Positions 35,342 to 35,733 of a stretch of 35,733 nucleotides of DNA are shown here, in pieces. Source of the stretch: Reclinomonas americana ATCC 50394 (lineage: Eukaryota); assembly GCA_048213135.1 (NCBI GenBank), contig PS015609.1:31442-67174 (forward strand), in the 5' to 3' direction. How positions within the stretch are numbered: position 1 is the stretch's first letter; each line of letters starts with the position of its first letter. The translations under genes were made by a program, and so were the position numbers. Below the pieces are notes generated by a model, which did no database searches, was not told the DNA's origin, and worked only from the letters and a program-made list of their open reading frames with translations.

Positions 35342-35603
35342 TCCTCGCTCACACAACAACGCAAAGAGAGAAAGAGTGAGAAAAGAGTCCCAGGACAACT
35401 CTGAAGTTGTTTTCTTTTGTGCAATGAGTGAAAGGAGTGCGCGCATTCGTGACAAGCTCTCTCAAGCACACAGTCAACGCATTCCTCGCTCACACAACAA
35501 AGAGAGACAAGCAGAGAGAAAGAGTCACAGGACAACTCTGAAGTTGATTTTCGTTCTTGTGCAATGAGTGAGAGGAGTGCGCGCATTCGCGGCAAGCTCT
35601 CTC
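35327..35603. repeat. Tandem duplication (about 137 bp x2) of the head-to-head intergenic region including both start codons
   Basis: 35327-35463 and 35469-35603 share cacagtcaac..cattcctcgctcacacaacaa..ggacaactctgaagttg..gtgcaatgagtga.aggagtgcgcgcattcg..aagctctctc. Confidence 0.9.
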
Positions 35604-35707
35604 GCGTGCGACAACACACAGTGTTGGTGTTGAGTGGAAAAGGCGGAGTAGGCAAGAGCACAATCACTGCGCAGTTGGCGGTGGCCTTGGCTGCTGCAGG
35701 GCATAAT
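35564..35707 (+). CDS. NUBP2: Mrp/NBP35-family P-loop ATPase, CFD1/NUBP2-like; first exon only
   Basis: [48 protein letters not shown] contains the deviant Walker A motif and lacks the N-terminal Cys cluster of NBP35. An intron follows. This exon is not in the supplied ORF track. Confidence 0.8.
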
Positions 35708-35733
35708 GTTGCGCCTCAGAGAGAGAGAGAGAG

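Overview
Compact, intron-rich, GC-rich eukaryotic (protist-like) draft genomic DNA. It has many N-gaps flanked by CT/GA microsatellites, and the TACG runs suggest 454 sequencing. About 17 genes or gene remnants can be reconstructed: a DUF4291 protein, two related RING/IBR-like loci (one disrupted), AP-3 mu, a secreted His/Cys-rich repeat protein, a PPPDE-like peptidase, an FZL/bacterial-type dynamin, five 7-blade WD40 paralogues with a shared novel C-terminal tail, a myristoylated EF-hand protein, 5-oxoprolinase, BUD13, a HERP-like UBL membrane protein and the start of NUBP2/CFD1. The most striking signal is in the splicing. Of about 70 introns reconstructed by hand, about 50 have ordinary GT donors that almost always follow an exonic G (G|GTNYG). 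Another 18 have a donor shifted by one base (|GTTRCG or |GTTGAG, G at +6) and almost always follow a non-G base. There is also a U2-like AT-AC intron, a probable GC-AG intron and an intron splitting a start codon. All exon structures were inferred from protein homology recalled by eye; there is no transcript evidence.
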